Source of the DNA: Selaginella moellendorffii
Taxonomy: Eukaryota; Plantae; Lycopodiophyta
Length of the DNA stretch: 64,000 bases
Direction: 5' to 3'
Assembly (NCBI RefSeq): GCF_000143415.4
Contig: NW_003314281.1
Coordinates: 732,833 to 796,832, forward strand
Shown here: positions 23,261-40,218 of the stretch, piece after piece
Position numbering within the stretch: position 1 is the first letter of the stretch
Layout of the letters: each line of letters opens with the position of its first letter
Notes under the pieces: model-generated
What the model was told of the DNA's origin: nothing
The model's input: only the letters and a program-made list of their open reading frames with translations
Database searches by the model: none
Made by a program: the position numbers and the translations under genes

Positions 23261-24951
23261 ATGTCTATGTCCACAGGAAGACCACTCCAGCAGCATCCAA
23301 GCAATGTGAGAGTGGTGAGGAGAAACCAGTGGAGCAAAGCTCTCAGCCCTGCGAAGAAGAAGAAGAATGGCGACGAGGAAAAGGAGGAGGAGGAGGAAAA
23401 GGAGAAGATCAAGCGGCCATCGCCGATTCTCAAGAAGGTTTCCAGCTTCGACACGATAGAAGTGAGCAGTAGTGACGATCAACACTGCAATGGTGGCGAA
23501 GGATTGGACTACCAGAGCCCGCTGAGAAAAGATGGGTTGATCATGGATCCGCCAACACCGATGTTCTTCAGCTTCACTTACGGCCTCTACTCCGACTCCA
23601 CCACCAATTCCAGCTCGAATTCCCACGACAAAGAGGAAGCCATGGCCATCGCCAAGAACAGCACCATCGACGAGGAGTCCTCCAGCAGCTGTAGCAGCTG
23701 CGTGGAGGATCCTTCGCCGCCACCTTGGAAGTCACTGGCGGAGGTGGCGGCGGCGGACGAGAGCGCCAAGAAGAAGAAGAAGAAGAAGGTGACGTTTGCG
23801 GTGCCGGAGGCTGTTACGTTCGCGGAGAAGGAGATCGAGGCTCCTCCTCCGCCACCTTTGATCTTGAGCTCGCCGCGAGGGTCTCGAGCTCTGGGGAGCT
23901 CTTACAGTCCGATGAGGAGCCCGAGCTCGATCCATCCCGGGTGGAAGAAGCAAAGCTCGCCGAAGGCCGGGCGGGTGGCTCCCGAGGGATTGGTCGACTT
24001 GGCATCGGCCGCTCCAGATAAAAAACGCTGCTCGTGGATCACAACTCAGAGTGGTACGTAAGTTTCCGCGATTCTTTTTTTCGTTTCTTGTGCTCGTTCT
24101 TGCTTGCATTCATTCTAGCTTAGTTTTTTGCTACTGAAAAGAGCGTGTCTCGTGGCTACAGACCCGGCGTATGTCGAGTATCACGATTCCGAGTGGGGCG
24201 TTCCCGTCCACGATGATAAGTAAGCTCGTTTTCTTCTCTCATCAACTTGTTGATCTTCGTTTTTTAGGAAGCTATTCGAGCTTTTAGTGTTTGCTGGTGC
24301 GCAGGCCGAGCTAAGCTGGTCTGCACTACTGAGCAAGCGAGAGCACTACAGGTAAAGAAAAAGAAACGAGCTCGTTCTTCCTGCTAAAAAGAGTTTTTTT
24401 TTTTTTTTTTTTTTTGTGTTCTCTAGAGCTGCGTTCGCTGGATTCGATGCCGAGGTTGTGTCGAAGTTCGATGAGGCGAAGATCTCTTCCCTGTCTGCCG
24501 ATCCGGAAATACTCCAGCACGAAGGGAAGATACGGCAAATCGTCGACAACGCAAAGTGCATAGTCGAGGTGAGACAAACAATTCCAAAGTTTCCATGTCG
24601 TGATTCATTCTCTTCCAGGTGGTGCAAGAGTTTGGATCTCTGGACAAGTTCGTGTGGAACTTCCTGAGCCACAAGCCGATTGTCAACCGGTACCGGACGC
24701 CGCAGCAAGTGCCAATCAAGTCGGCAAAGTCGGACTTGATGAGCCGGGATCTCATGAAGCGGGGCTTCCGTTTCGTCGGGCCAACCATCATGTACTCGTT
24801 TATGCAAGCCGCCGGGATGACGAACGATCACGTCCTCCACTGCTTCCGCCACCAGGAATGTATCGCAATCTCCTCCCCGCCATCGCCATCGCCATCGCAA
24901 GAACACAAACTCCCGAACGAGTCTTCCGCCGAGAAATCGCCACAATCCTAA
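23261..24951 (+). CDS. DNA-3-methyladenine glycosylase I (TAG) family protein with long disordered N-terminus
   Basis: KRCSWIT...YHDSEWGVPVHDD, LFELL...QAELSW, KRGFRFVGPT..YSFMQAAGMTNDH...C; five exons. Confidence 0.92.
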
Positions 24952-25107
24952 TACGAAACTAGCAAAACTACTATGATAGAGTGATCTTTATAAAGGGCAT
25001 TTTTCTTCGCTGTAGCCAAGTTTCCTCGGAAGAGTAGCCACGTCGCAAGCTTAGAAAATTGACACGTGTATCCGACGTTGCACTTTTAACGGTCAAGATG
25101 ACTTCGT

Positions 25108-25123
25108 CGCGGATCGATCCGCG
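25108..25123. promoter_or_regulatory. Two plant histone octamer motifs in inverted arrangement
   Basis: CGCGGATC GATCCGCG about 175 bp upstream of the H2B ATG; AACGG and a reverse CCAAT lie nearby. Confidence 0.75.
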
Positions 25124-25296
25124 CCATCGCCTTGGGCGTCGCTGATTGGTCCAGCTGCGCATTTATAATCTCCCCCAAGTTAGTTTGTTGTTGTGCTGGT
25201 TCTTCTTTCCCAGGGCGGCGGCATCCACAGTTCTTCGCACGATCGATCGCAAATCCTCTCGCGTTTTGATTGATCCTCTCCAGTTTCGTTTCCTAC

Positions 25297-25755
25297 ATGG
25301 CCAAGGATTCGTCGTCCGAGCAGAAGGCGAGCAAGGCGGCCAAGGGCGAGAAGCAGCCACCCAAGCTCAAGCCGGAGAAGAAGCCAGCGCTCAATCTCAA
25401 GGAGGGATCGGGGGCAGGAGGAGGAGGAGGAGGAGGCGGCGGCGGAGGATCGAGCAAGAAGAAGCGCGCCAAACGAAATGCTGAGAGCTACAAGACGTAC
25501 ATCTTCAAGGTGCTCAAGCAGGTCCATCCCGACACGGGGATCTCGTCCAAGGCCATGGGGATCATGGACTCTTTCATCAACGACATCTTTGAGAAGCTCG
25601 CGCAGGAGGCGTCGCGGCTGGCGCTCTACAACAAGAAGCCCACCGTCACCTCTCGCGAGATCCAGACCGGGGTGAGGTTGATTCTCCCGGGAGAGCTCGC
25701 CAAGCACGCCGTCTCCGAGGGGACCAAGGCCGTCACCAAGTACACGAGTTCTTGA
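25297..25755 (+). CDS. H2B: Histone H2B (divergent variant)
   Basis: [20 protein letters not shown]...[18 protein letters not shown]; intronless CDS. Confidence 0.97.
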   Translation: MAKDSSSEQKASKAAKGEKQPPKLKPEKKPALNLKEGSGAGGGGGGGGGGGSSKKKRAKRNAESYKTYIFKVLKQVHPDTGISSKAMGIMDSFINDIFEKLAQEASRLALYNKKPTVTSREIQTGVRLILPGELAKHAVSEGTKAVTKYTSS

Positions 25756-25829
25756 GAGGATCAATCCTTTGCTCCTCTTCTCTTCTTTCTCTCGGCTATT
25801 TAGCGATCTAGCAATGGAAGGAAACAAAA

Positions 25830-25831
<2 letters not shown>

Positions 25832-25869
<38 letters not shown>
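25832..25869. repeat. (CT)n microsatellite
   Basis: Directly visible. Confidence 0.9.
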
Positions 25870-25871
<2 letters not shown>

Positions 25872-26145
25872 CTCGTGCATCAAAGTGTACAGTAGGAAGA
25901 ACTTGGAAATTCAATGATCTTACAATTCTTTCTTTCGATGATCTCTAGATCTTTTTCGAAAGATTCAATGATCTTACGATTCTTTGTTCATCTTAAGTTC
26001 GTTTGAAACGGAGAAGTTGGAACCAATGATCTTACAATTCTTTCTTTCGATAGTTTTTCGAAAGATTCAATGATCTTAATTCCTCCCCAAAAAATACACC
26101 TGATTGATGGAATGAATAATTCTTTTGGTTCTAAAATCAAGATTT

Positions 26146-26958
26146 TTACTGCTGCTTGAGGCTCTCGACACTGATCTCTGCCACTGGCTGCGATGATAGC
26201 GCGCTCCACACGGATCCAGCCGAGTATCTTACAATCTGGAAGATCTTCCGGACGAAGTTCCAAATCCCCCACGAAAACGTGAACCATCCTGCCCATCCAG
26301 CGCAAGTAAAAAACGAGTTTTTCTAAGATCCAAGAACAAAGATATACGAGAGTAGTGAAGTAGTACCGGCAGCCATGATCATCCCGCAGATGCTAAAGAA
26401 TGTGAGGCTGGAGATGGTAACTCCGGCCGCCAGGAGCGCTCCAACATACACAGCCGTGAGGGACGTGAAGAAGGAAGCCATCAAAAACCCCACCAGCGAG
26501 ATCGAGAGTATCAAGCTGATCATCATCGCATTTGCGGTCGCTGATACGAACACCACCACAAACGTTGCGAGCGCTACCAATGCCGCCAATCCAACCAGCC
26601 CAACCTGGAGAAAAAGATCATCATCGAAGAAAAGATTAAAGAGAGTACTCACAGCGCCAAGAAGGGCGATCTTGAGATGGCCGCTCTCTTGCATCCAGCG
26701 ATGGAGATCCGCCATGGTTTGCCTAGCGGCAGTTTGGGCTCTGGGGCCTTTTTCGTAGGCCAGAGCTCGCATCCTTGCCAAGACGCTGTCCCTGCCCTGC
26801 TTGGATCCCGACACGAGCTCGCCCAAGTAATCGCGAGCGAGCGCCATGAATCCCGCGCATTCCTGCCGCTGCTGCTGCTGCTGAGCCGGCGGTGGATGAT
26901 CCAGCGCCGCCACTCCATTCGCAGCATTCGCTCCTCCTCCGCCCCGCGCGACGGCCAT
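26146..26958 (-). CDS. LDIP: LDAP-interacting protein (LDIP/promethin-like) lipid-droplet membrane protein
   Basis: Long hydrophobic hairpin ATANAMMISLILS...GFLMASFF...VYVGAL...AA|GW resembles Arabidopsis LDIP as recalled; three exons. Confidence 0.7.
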
Positions 26959-27203
26959 CGCTCTTCCTCCCCCCAAAACAAGAGAAAGAACAAGAAAACT
27001 TAAAAAGCCCTAGCCGCCAGTTGGTACCCAGGACACGTGTCCGCCTGCCAAGGTGCCACGTAGATTCAAAGAAGATGCTTTGGCGGGAGGAAATGGATCT
27101 TTCTAAAATTCTATTTTGGAGAACTTTAGTTCAGTGCTGCAACACCAAAAATCTTTCCCACTTGGAGAAAACGAGTGTAAAAAAGCGCGAGCGCTAGCGC
27201 GAT

Positions 27204-29793
<2,590 letters not shown>

Positions 29794-30124
29794 GCTGTTC
29801 TAATCCGAGACTGCTAGACGCAAAGGATTCCAATCAAGGGGGCCGAAATTTCCAGAAATCGACGCTGCGAGCGCTGCAACACGAACCTCTCACCTCGATT
29901 CACTACGCGCTGCAGCGCTGCCGGGAAGGAAGAAATCGATCGAAGCCGCGTTCTCTCCACACAGAGACGTTAGCCCTAGAATGGGACCGACCTATGTTTC
30001 TCTTTCACGATTGCGTGAGACGGTATAATCTTTGGCGTCCAGTGCCGTACCGGAATCTAATTATAAAATATTCGCATGTACGGCATCGTTTATGAGACTG
30101 ACACTACATTCATGCGTGATATGA

Positions 30125-31059
30125 TCATCCGAGGCTCGCCGTGAGGTCCTTGATTTCGTCCGCAGAGATCGTCTAGAGTTTGGAAGATCGAAACATATCG
30201 TTAGTTCGTGGCGATCGATTGGAAATACTTTTTTTTTTTCTCTGGAAATCTTACTTGGTCTTTGCCAGCAAAATCGTTCTCTGGAGTGAGGAAGAGCATG
30301 CAGTGACATTCCTTCCTGTAAAGCAAATCGTTTGCGAGTGAAGATGAAAAGAAAGAAAAAACCAAGATCACGAAGAAAAGAAAGAAGGATCCAACCTTTC
30401 CCTCATGGGAACGCAAGGGCAGTTCCAAAATCCTTGTGACGCTTCCGCGGGTTTGTCATCGTAATGCCTGCCATAGAAGCATCCAGAGTGAATTCACGAA
30501 GCTCTAGAGTGAAGAATATGATTCTACCGGCAAGGACACAGCGGAGCTCCCAAGGTGTCTTTGTGCTCCGCTAGACCCTGTAACTCCCAGTGTCATTGAA
30601 AATTCGAGAGCAAAGGAGCTAGAGCTGGAATCCACTACAAACAGAAGAGAAGAAGAAAACACAGAGAGAACAAACCTTGATCACCACAGAAGTGACGCTC
30701 TTGTCCGCGCAAAAGTAAGTCCCAGATCGTCTAGCGTACTGCTCCGAGAATTTGCGCATATTCTCGATGCTCTTGGAGGAAGGCTCCGCTAGAAAAAACA
30801 CATTTAGAAGCAGTAGAAAACGAAGCACTGGAAGCGAGAAAGCATCGCATTCGAATCAATCCATGCAGAGCAAGGCCAGGAATCACGGCATCGGCGAGCA
30901 TCGCCTACATTCTCAAACAATCCGCGAGAAATCGAAACAAAGAACGCACTCACAGGACGCCCGCACGACATGGATCCTCCGCCGAGGTGTGGACGATGGA
31001 TTGACGAAGGCGCCGCCGAGATTTCTCGAGGTTGTCGCGATGGAGGCCATTGCCGCCAT
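30125..31059 (-). CDS. FTRC: Ferredoxin-thioredoxin reductase catalytic chain, chloroplastic
   Basis: MRKFSEQYARRSGTYFC, LCPC|RHY, WNCPCVPMRE|RKECHCMLFL; transit-peptide-like first exon. Confidence 0.95.
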
Positions 31060-31151
31060 AGCCAGCCACAGAAAAATAGGGCGGACAAACAATTAGTTCT
31101 CTCGCTCGGGATTTTTCTTTACCCTAATGCTTGGCGAGGAGGCGGCGGCGC

Positions 31152-32437
31152 ATGGCAGCGAATTTCTGGACGTCGTCTCACTGGTATGAATCGCGATCGC
31201 CATCGCCGTGCTGCCGCATTGCTGAATTGTGGTTTCCCGCAGCAAGAGGCTGCTTGAGCAGGAGGAGATTTCAGTGGTTTCTAACGACGATCGCGACCGT
31301 GGCCTCACGCAGGAGGATGTGAAGATCATCAAGATCTACTTCTCTTCTTGTGAGTTTCGTGAGTTCCAAAGAAGCGTATAACATTTTTGCTTCATTAACT
31401 GGGCAGACATAAAGAAATTGGCACAGCGTGCAAAAGTTCGCCAACGGTAGCTTCTCTCTTCTTTTTTTTTTTTTAATTTCTTCGTTCTAGCTAGCTCCCT
31501 GAATCTTTCTTCGTTTTCTCTTTGGATCATTTCGGACTGACTTTGGGATTTTGATCAATGCAGTGTTGTGGCGACAGCGATCGCATATTTCCGACGGGTT
31601 TACACCAGGTAACTCTACTGAAGAATTCTTCTTTTGGTGTGCTTACGAAACTTGTTTTACAGGAAAAGCTTTTCAGAGTATGATCCTCGGCTTGTGGCAC
31701 CGACATGCCTGTACCTCGCTTCAAAAGCCGAAGAGAGTACCGTTCAAGCCAAGCTTCTCATATTCTACATGAAACAAATCGGTACCTGGCATTCTTTCGT
31801 TCAGCAGCTTCACTGACTTTCACTTCCTTGAAATGCAGGGTCAGATGAGAATGGCTTTCGCTACGACATCAAAGACATCCTGGAAATGGAAATGAAGCTC
31901 CTGGAGGCGCTAGATTACTACTTAGTTATCTATCATCCTTACAGGCCGCTTGTCCAGTAAGTCTTGCTTTTTAGAGCTTCCTAGATCTTCTGTTCTGGAT
32001 GATTGATTATACTTTCAGGCTGCTGCGAGACGCTGGCCTGTCGGACATGATCGAGATGTGCTGGTAACACTTTGCGTCTCGTTTCTAAGCTGTCAATCAC
32101 GCCGTGCTTGCCTTGCAGGTCCATAGTGAACGATTCGTATGGAACCGATCTCATACTGATGCATCCACCGTACATGATCGCTCTGGCGTGCATCTACATC
32201 TCGTGCGTGATCAACGAGCGGGACAATCGCCTCTGGTTCGAGGAGTCGAGGGTGGACATGACCGTGGTGAGTGACGAGACTCTTTTGCGCGTTCTTGTTC
32301 GTCTTTTAACTCCTGGATCTGCCGTGCTCCAGATCAAGAACATAGCAATGCAAATATTTGACTTCTACGATAACTATAGGCTTGGGTTTGAGGACCGAAT
32401 TGGCGCAATCTTACTCAAGCTTTCCCAGAAATCATAA
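31152..32437 (+). CDS. CYCC1: Cyclin C
   Basis: MAANFWTSSH start; VATAIAYFRRVY, YDPRLVAPTCLYLASKAEE, MEMKLLEALDYYLVIYHPYR; multi-exon. Confidence 0.95.
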
Positions 32438-32669
32438 CTATATAAACGTTTGATTGGTTTAAACGTAAGTCTTTATATATTAGGTCTAGTAGGGTCTGGT
32501 CAAATTTGGACATTGTGGAATATTCTTAGATGCGATTAGGGCTTGCGAGGGTGAGAGTGAAGAGAATTGGCTATGGCGATATTTTGGATCTAGATTAGGT
32601 CAAGGCGCGCGCGAGAGAGAGCGCGGCCGCGCGGGGCGCTGGGCCGGGAAGAAAGGGGGATTTTCAGCC

Positions 32670-34433
<1,764 letters not shown>

Positions 34434-34636
34434 TTCGTCGCCCTTGTGCGTGGTCTCTTATATGAATCCATAAGATTTACTCTCTGACGTCTCCTTGGTT
34501 TGTCCCGTTCGTTCCCATGCGATTAGAAATTGACTGTATTCTTTTGCAAGTATGTTCGAAGTCACAAATTGAGCAGTTTTGTGGCATTAAAGAGCTTTTA
34601 TTTGTTGATGAAACTATTGGTGAAAGTTATAGGACA

Positions 34637-35146
34637 CTCCCACAAGCGTCGAGAGCACTGATGAAACAAGCCTCGTCCAGTGTAAATCCCTCCAGGTCCA
34701 TGCAAACGAAAACTCGAAACCCTTCCTTGCCATGCCCGCTCTGGACATATGCGACCAGCAGAGCAGTCCACAGAACAACGTCTTTGCTTTCAGCACTGTC
34801 AAAATCTCTCTTGCCCGATCAAACTCTCTCGATCTACTGTACATGTTTAGCAGCGAAGTTGCCACCATCAGGTTTGATTCGTATCCACTTTGAGCAGCAA
34901 AACTGTGAATCAGTCGACCAACCGTTAGATCTCCAGCGTCACCGCAAGCTTCCAACACGCTCACAAAGTTAGTGTCGTCGGGCTTGACACCTTCGACGCT
35001 CATGAGCTGGAACAGCCGGATTGCCAAATTGGAATGCCCGTTCTGGGCATATGCAACCATCATGGCATTCCATGTCACCTCGTTTTTGGTCCGCATCGCA
35101 TCAAACACAGCCTTGGCCTCTTATCTCCACATTTTCCATACATGTC
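34637..35146 (-). pseudogene. Inverted internal fragment of the PPR gene at 40219
   Basis: Near-identical to ~40795-41310 on the opposite strand, with small frameshifting deletions. Confidence 0.9.
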
Positions 35147-35157
35147 GATTTAGTATT

Positions 35158-36175
35158 TAGGAATTTCAAATCCAAGTATACATGTTTAATGCTTCAAAAT
35201 ACTCAAGTTTGGTTTTGTATCAAAATGATGATGGCCTGATTGTTGGCCTTTTAGATCATGCTTGAAAACTGGACCATATCTTTCTGATAGATCACCTAAT
35301 GGTCAATAATAATTAAATGTGTATAATCATAAATAAAGTTGTGTTTATTTATGGAATATGTCAAATTTTTAAGAGTATTTAGTTTGTGTTAGATTTTTTT
35401 TTCAATTTTACATATATGAAAATTGTATTAATATTTTTATCTAGTACCAAAAAATATATTTCTTTCTTGTGCATCCTAGAGAACAGATGAATTAAATATT
35501 TCTAATAATTTAATAGTTCTTTTATTAATACTTGGAGACTTTCCTGTATATGAAGATTAATATAAATCCATGTCTTGAATAACCTTAGTGTTTTACTAAA
35601 AATATATTCCGTCAATCCTATAAAATATAGTTTTACTCTACATTGTACAATATTTTGGTTAAATATATTGGAGTGTAAGGAATAATCCTAGAATATCCAG
35701 GTATATTCTAGGATATTTCTCAATCAAACGGTTGTGATTTTCCCGTATAAGTTCCATTCACTGTTATTATCTGCTAACTCCCAACGACGCTAACTTTGTG
35801 AGCATAGTCAAAGTGGATATATTCAATGTTAACTTGATGTCAAGTTTTTGGTTTGCTTAAGCAAACCTATAGGGGGACTGGATGGTATTGGATATACCTA
35901 GAATATTCTTGGATATTTTAGGATATTTTACCATCTAACGGTTGTTATTCACTTAGATTAATCTTGTATTTATAATTTATAAACATGTTTATAATTTATA
36001 AACTTTCTTAAACCTTTTCTAGTATATTCTTTTTTATTCTACCATCTAATGGTTGGTATGCAATAAAATTAATCTTGTATATATAAATTACAAACATGCT
36101 TATAATTATAAACTTTATTTGATCAATTGGATTAATAAGTAATAATAACACTAGTATTAAGCAAACCAAGCATTG
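35158..36175 (+). repeat. AT-rich duplicated segment paralogous to ~42880-44375, including a lectin-gene fragment
   Basis: Shared blocks GAATTTCAAATCCAAG...GGACCATATCTTTCTGA and ...AATAACACTAGTATTAAG.AAACCAAGCATTGC. Confidence 0.8.
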
Positions 36176-36220
36176 CTGCAACGCGTAGCAATTTATTCAT
36201 ATTAGAAATTAAATATTGAA

Positions 36221-38029
36221 TTAGTTTATTGCTAACCTGGAAACAAACACATGAACAAGCTCGGGAATACCGTGAGCAAACCTGCAGTTGACTCCATTAC
36301 GACAGTGCCCCTTGGCGAAGTATCTACAGAGCCGCGTCTTGTAGAATGGGTCGTGAAGATCCATTTCGTCACTGGCGCTTCCATCGTCCGAGAAATCTTC
36401 TTCCTCTCTAATAATGTAGTGTTCGTCCCAAAGCTTACAGGTGCACATTTGTATCTTATTCCGGTACTCCATGCCACAAGTATAACAAAACTCGTAGCCA
36501 CACCTATAGCACCAGAACACCAAGTATCGTACACAAGAAAAAGAACGAGGCAGAAAAACCATACCTGCAAGTCATGTGGTAGCACCCTTCCAAGAGCTCA
36601 ATCATCCACCTACACTTCTTGCACTGCCTCCACTTCTGGTTCTCCGCGAGCCTGTAGAGCTTTGCGTCCGCGGCATCTTTTAAGTCGAGAGGCAGCCGCT
36701 GGTATCCAGCACAAGTCGAGAATGTATGCCAGGGAACTCGGCAGTCGAGGCAGAAGTACCTTTGGCAAGCTCCACACAACTTCCGGGGCTTGGGGTCGAG
36801 GAAAGTCCTTCTATCCATTAAGTCCGAGCAGTTTGGATACGGGCAGTAGACTCTCTGCGCGTCAGGGATGCGCTCCTCCTCTATCTTCTTCATGAAAACT
36901 TTGAGAGCCGCCTCGGACAGCAGCTTCTTGCACTCGCCCTCGGTGAACTTCTTCGTGCACTCGACTTGCGGGCAAGCCACCGGGAAAGTCCGCCCGGTTG
37001 TCACTGTAGCCTCGACGTGCTGCTTCACGCACGATGAGCAAAACTTGTGAGAGCACTCGGTGAGAGTGTAAATGTCCGCATCCTGGACGTCCTCGAGGCA
37101 AATGACGCAGTGAAACATGGACCTGCTGCTGGAAGCCGTGTTTTGCCTCTGGCTGATCGAGACCGACTTCGCTACATTGTCTGCTGGCCAGTTCTCTCCG
37201 TGGAGCGCAAGGTTGATATCAAACGACTCGAAACTATCGATGAGCCCGATTGCCTTGTCATACTCGGCCATCATAGCCTTTGTAGAGACCCTCCAATATC
37301 CCTTGATCTAGGAAATAAAAAGAAACGAAGCGTTTGAATCAGGAAAGTTGGCGAAAGAAGAGAAGAACAACCAACCTGGTTATGGAGAGGGCCAGAGTCC
37401 GTGTAAGCAATGATCTTGCGAGCTCCCATGGACTGAGCCGACTTGAGAACGTCAACGAGAGCATAGTACTGCGCGACGTTCTTCCCGGTGGGAGTTGCGA
37501 CGTATCTCTTGAGCTGGAGGAGCTCGTTTCCACTGGAATCCCTGATCGATCCACCAAGAGCGGCACCAACAATCACACCACCCTCGGACACCGAGTAGCC
37601 TTTGAAATAAACCCGGAAGAACGTCCCCGTGATCCCCGACTGGAAAGGCCGCTCGTACAAGTCACCGTTCTCCTCCCACTCCCTCTCGTCCATCTCATCG
37701 ATCTCGCGAGCCATGGCGTCGTCGTGGAGCAGCTGGTCCGCGCTCTCGTTCAGCTCTTTGAGCAGCTTGGCCGCTATCTCGCGATCCTTCTCCTGCTTCT
37801 GGAGCGCCTCCAGCTCCATCTCCTGGACGCGAATTGCCAGCGCCGCGTCGTCCTCCACGCCCAGGAGTTTGTTCCTCCATCCAGCTAGGCCGAGCAAGCA
37901 ACGAGAAACCATCCGCCCAAACACAAACAGAAGCAAGCAATGGAGGACAACTACAACGAGCGCATCGCCCACCGACATTTGGAATGCAAGATCGGAGTCG
38001 GAGGCGCTAGGCGCGACCGCCATCGCCAT
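36221..38029 (-). CDS. RBR E3 ubiquitin ligase with RNase H-like domain and C-terminal CCCH finger, copy 1
   Basis: FRVYFKG...IRD...AQYYAL...TDS (RNase H-like), RING1 CVIC...CSHKFCSSC, IBR YCPYPNC, RING2 CKKC...GCYHMTC|RCGYEFCYTC, then YKTRLC-x7-C-x5-C-x3-H. Confidence 0.9.
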
Positions 38030-38899
38030 TCTTTGCTAGGATTCTTCACTGCCAGGTGGTATTCCACTAGTTTCACTTTTCCTGAACAGTTTAAAACAAG
38101 CCAAAGTATATATTTCTATTGGTCCTTTGTTCATATTGAAAATTTAATATACGAAAATCAAACTAATTACACCATCTAGTGCAAGATAGAAAGTTTTAAA
38201 TATAAACTGTTTCTAGAATATTTGTGTGAAACTTTGGAGTATGAGTAATTATAAGGTTTTACTAGTTAGTAAGTTCTTTAAAATATAAAATATTGGAATT
38301 TAGAGCACAATAATATAAGAAAAATTCAAATGGTATTTTTAAACTTTAAACAGCTTTTTCCACCATTCTATAAAGTTTATTAATTTTCTTGTTTTACTTG
38401 GTGTTATAGTGGTGTTTTATATGAAGGCATGGATCAAAGTTACTCTAATACTTGTTTAGAGAGTGTAAGATGTCATTTGATATTATTTGACATGTCATCA
38501 GTAATTACCATGACTTGGTCAAAATTTGATTACAGTTTTATAAGAAAGTGTAGAGTTGTTGTAGAAATTTATAACTTCATCAAAGGGTTAATCACCAATA
38601 TAGGATGTGGACTTTGTAGGGATTCTTGGTTTTGGTCTGTCTTTTTGTTTTAAAATCCAAGGAGCTTTAGGAATTGCAAGAAGAGTATGATTCTATAGAA
38701 AATAAACTTGATAATTTTTCTAGTACCAAATAGTAGTGGTGATCTTTGGAAGCTAGCTGAGTGAGTATAGTGGCAAGTTATTTTTATGGATTTAGTGTAC
38801 TATTCAACAAAACCAAATTGCCAACTTAGGAAAGCTTTTGCAGATTCTTCATCAAATCTATGCTTTCTTTACTATGAATTGTTTCATATATTAAAAAGC

Positions 38900-39470
38900 T
38901 TGATGTTAACTTTTATTCATCATTTTAAGTTGAATGAGCCTTAATTGCAAGTCCTTCTTATCACTTAGTTCATATTTTATGTGTGGTTTTGTAAACTTAT
39001 AATGATATAGTAACCATTTTGTCCCAATTTTTCTTTTTTTCAACAATCAATTTTTCTAGAATATTGCACAATACACTATTTATTCTTTCCACCAACCAAT
39101 TAGCTTCTGAATAGTATGATATTGACTTTGATATTTAATCAATAGCTTCCTCATTAGTGTTTTAAATACTTCATTGAATAAATATGAGTTTTGGTCAATA
39201 ACAAAATGAAGCCAAACAAAGGTAAATGCTATTTTAGCATAACATGAAAATATAAATACTCGATCAACTACTGAACTTGGGATCAAAGTCAAATGCAAAA
39301 CAAGAACATATACATTTAACAAGAAGTTATATAATGCCTCAAGTTGGTCAGTTATATCTAATCTACTCATTATCCTTACTATACATTTTGAACCCCTAGC
39401 AAATCCATCAATAAACCTTTAATAATAACTTGCAAGTTCTACAAACCACAATATCTTTCTTATGTTTATT
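38900..39470 (-). mobile_element. Degenerate gypsy integrase fragment
   Basis: Minus strand reads IDQNSYLFNEVFKTL and YYSEANWLVERINSVLCNILEKL...NWDKM...YKTTHK, matching integrase core motifs. Confidence 0.7.
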
Positions 39471-40218
39471 AGAGTGAGCATTTAGTATTGTGGTTGCCAC
39501 AAACAAAAGAGGTGAGACTTCTTACGAGTGTTATCATGATGCAGCTGCAAAATATGGTTGGCCAAAATGATATGAGGAGATTGTGCACATGACTTTAATC
39601 TGATAGGGATGGTGTGGTTTCTTTTATGTGAGACACATCAGATGGATAATCAGGTGGTTAAGATTAGAAGAATTATTTTTATGATGTCTGCAGATCATCA
39701 AAAGTTGTTTATATTACAAAGGGAATTGCAAATGGAGAAAGGCAGGATCCTTTTAATGGCAGATCCATGGCGCATATACAGTATTCAAGAGGTTTTCTAT
39801 CCAATTTTGAAAGACAAATTCGCTGCTCAAGCATGTTGCAGCTTGGAACCTACATACTGTGAGAACTGCCACAGCAAACCAAGGATGCCAGCCGAGTATT
39901 TCAGCCACAAGAGCGTCTGCAAGCATATATATATATATAATCATCTTTGCACAAAAATTTATGCAAGCTCGTAGAAACCTTAACGAGGAAGGATTGACCA
40001 TTGCCTGTTTGAGAATTTGCCACCACAGCTAAATTGTCAAAAGGTTTGAATTGACTTTCACTGCAAGGGTACTACAGCTGTGTAACATTGCATTTGCAGT
40101 AAGATCCATCAGAAGCATTGGCTTCTAAGTATTCTATTCAAGAGTAGCAACCCCTGCATGCCCTACTAGATTAAAAATATTAAATCAAAACTCTTAATTC
40201 AAAAGGGGTAACCGTTGG

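Noticed and set aside
25905-26080. Local imperfect repeats (CAATGATCTTAC...) between H2B and the LDIP-like gene
   Set aside because: Looks like ordinary 3' UTR slippage duplication.
39500-40150. 121-aa ORF with a few Cys/His residues
   Set aside because: No coherent domain pattern.
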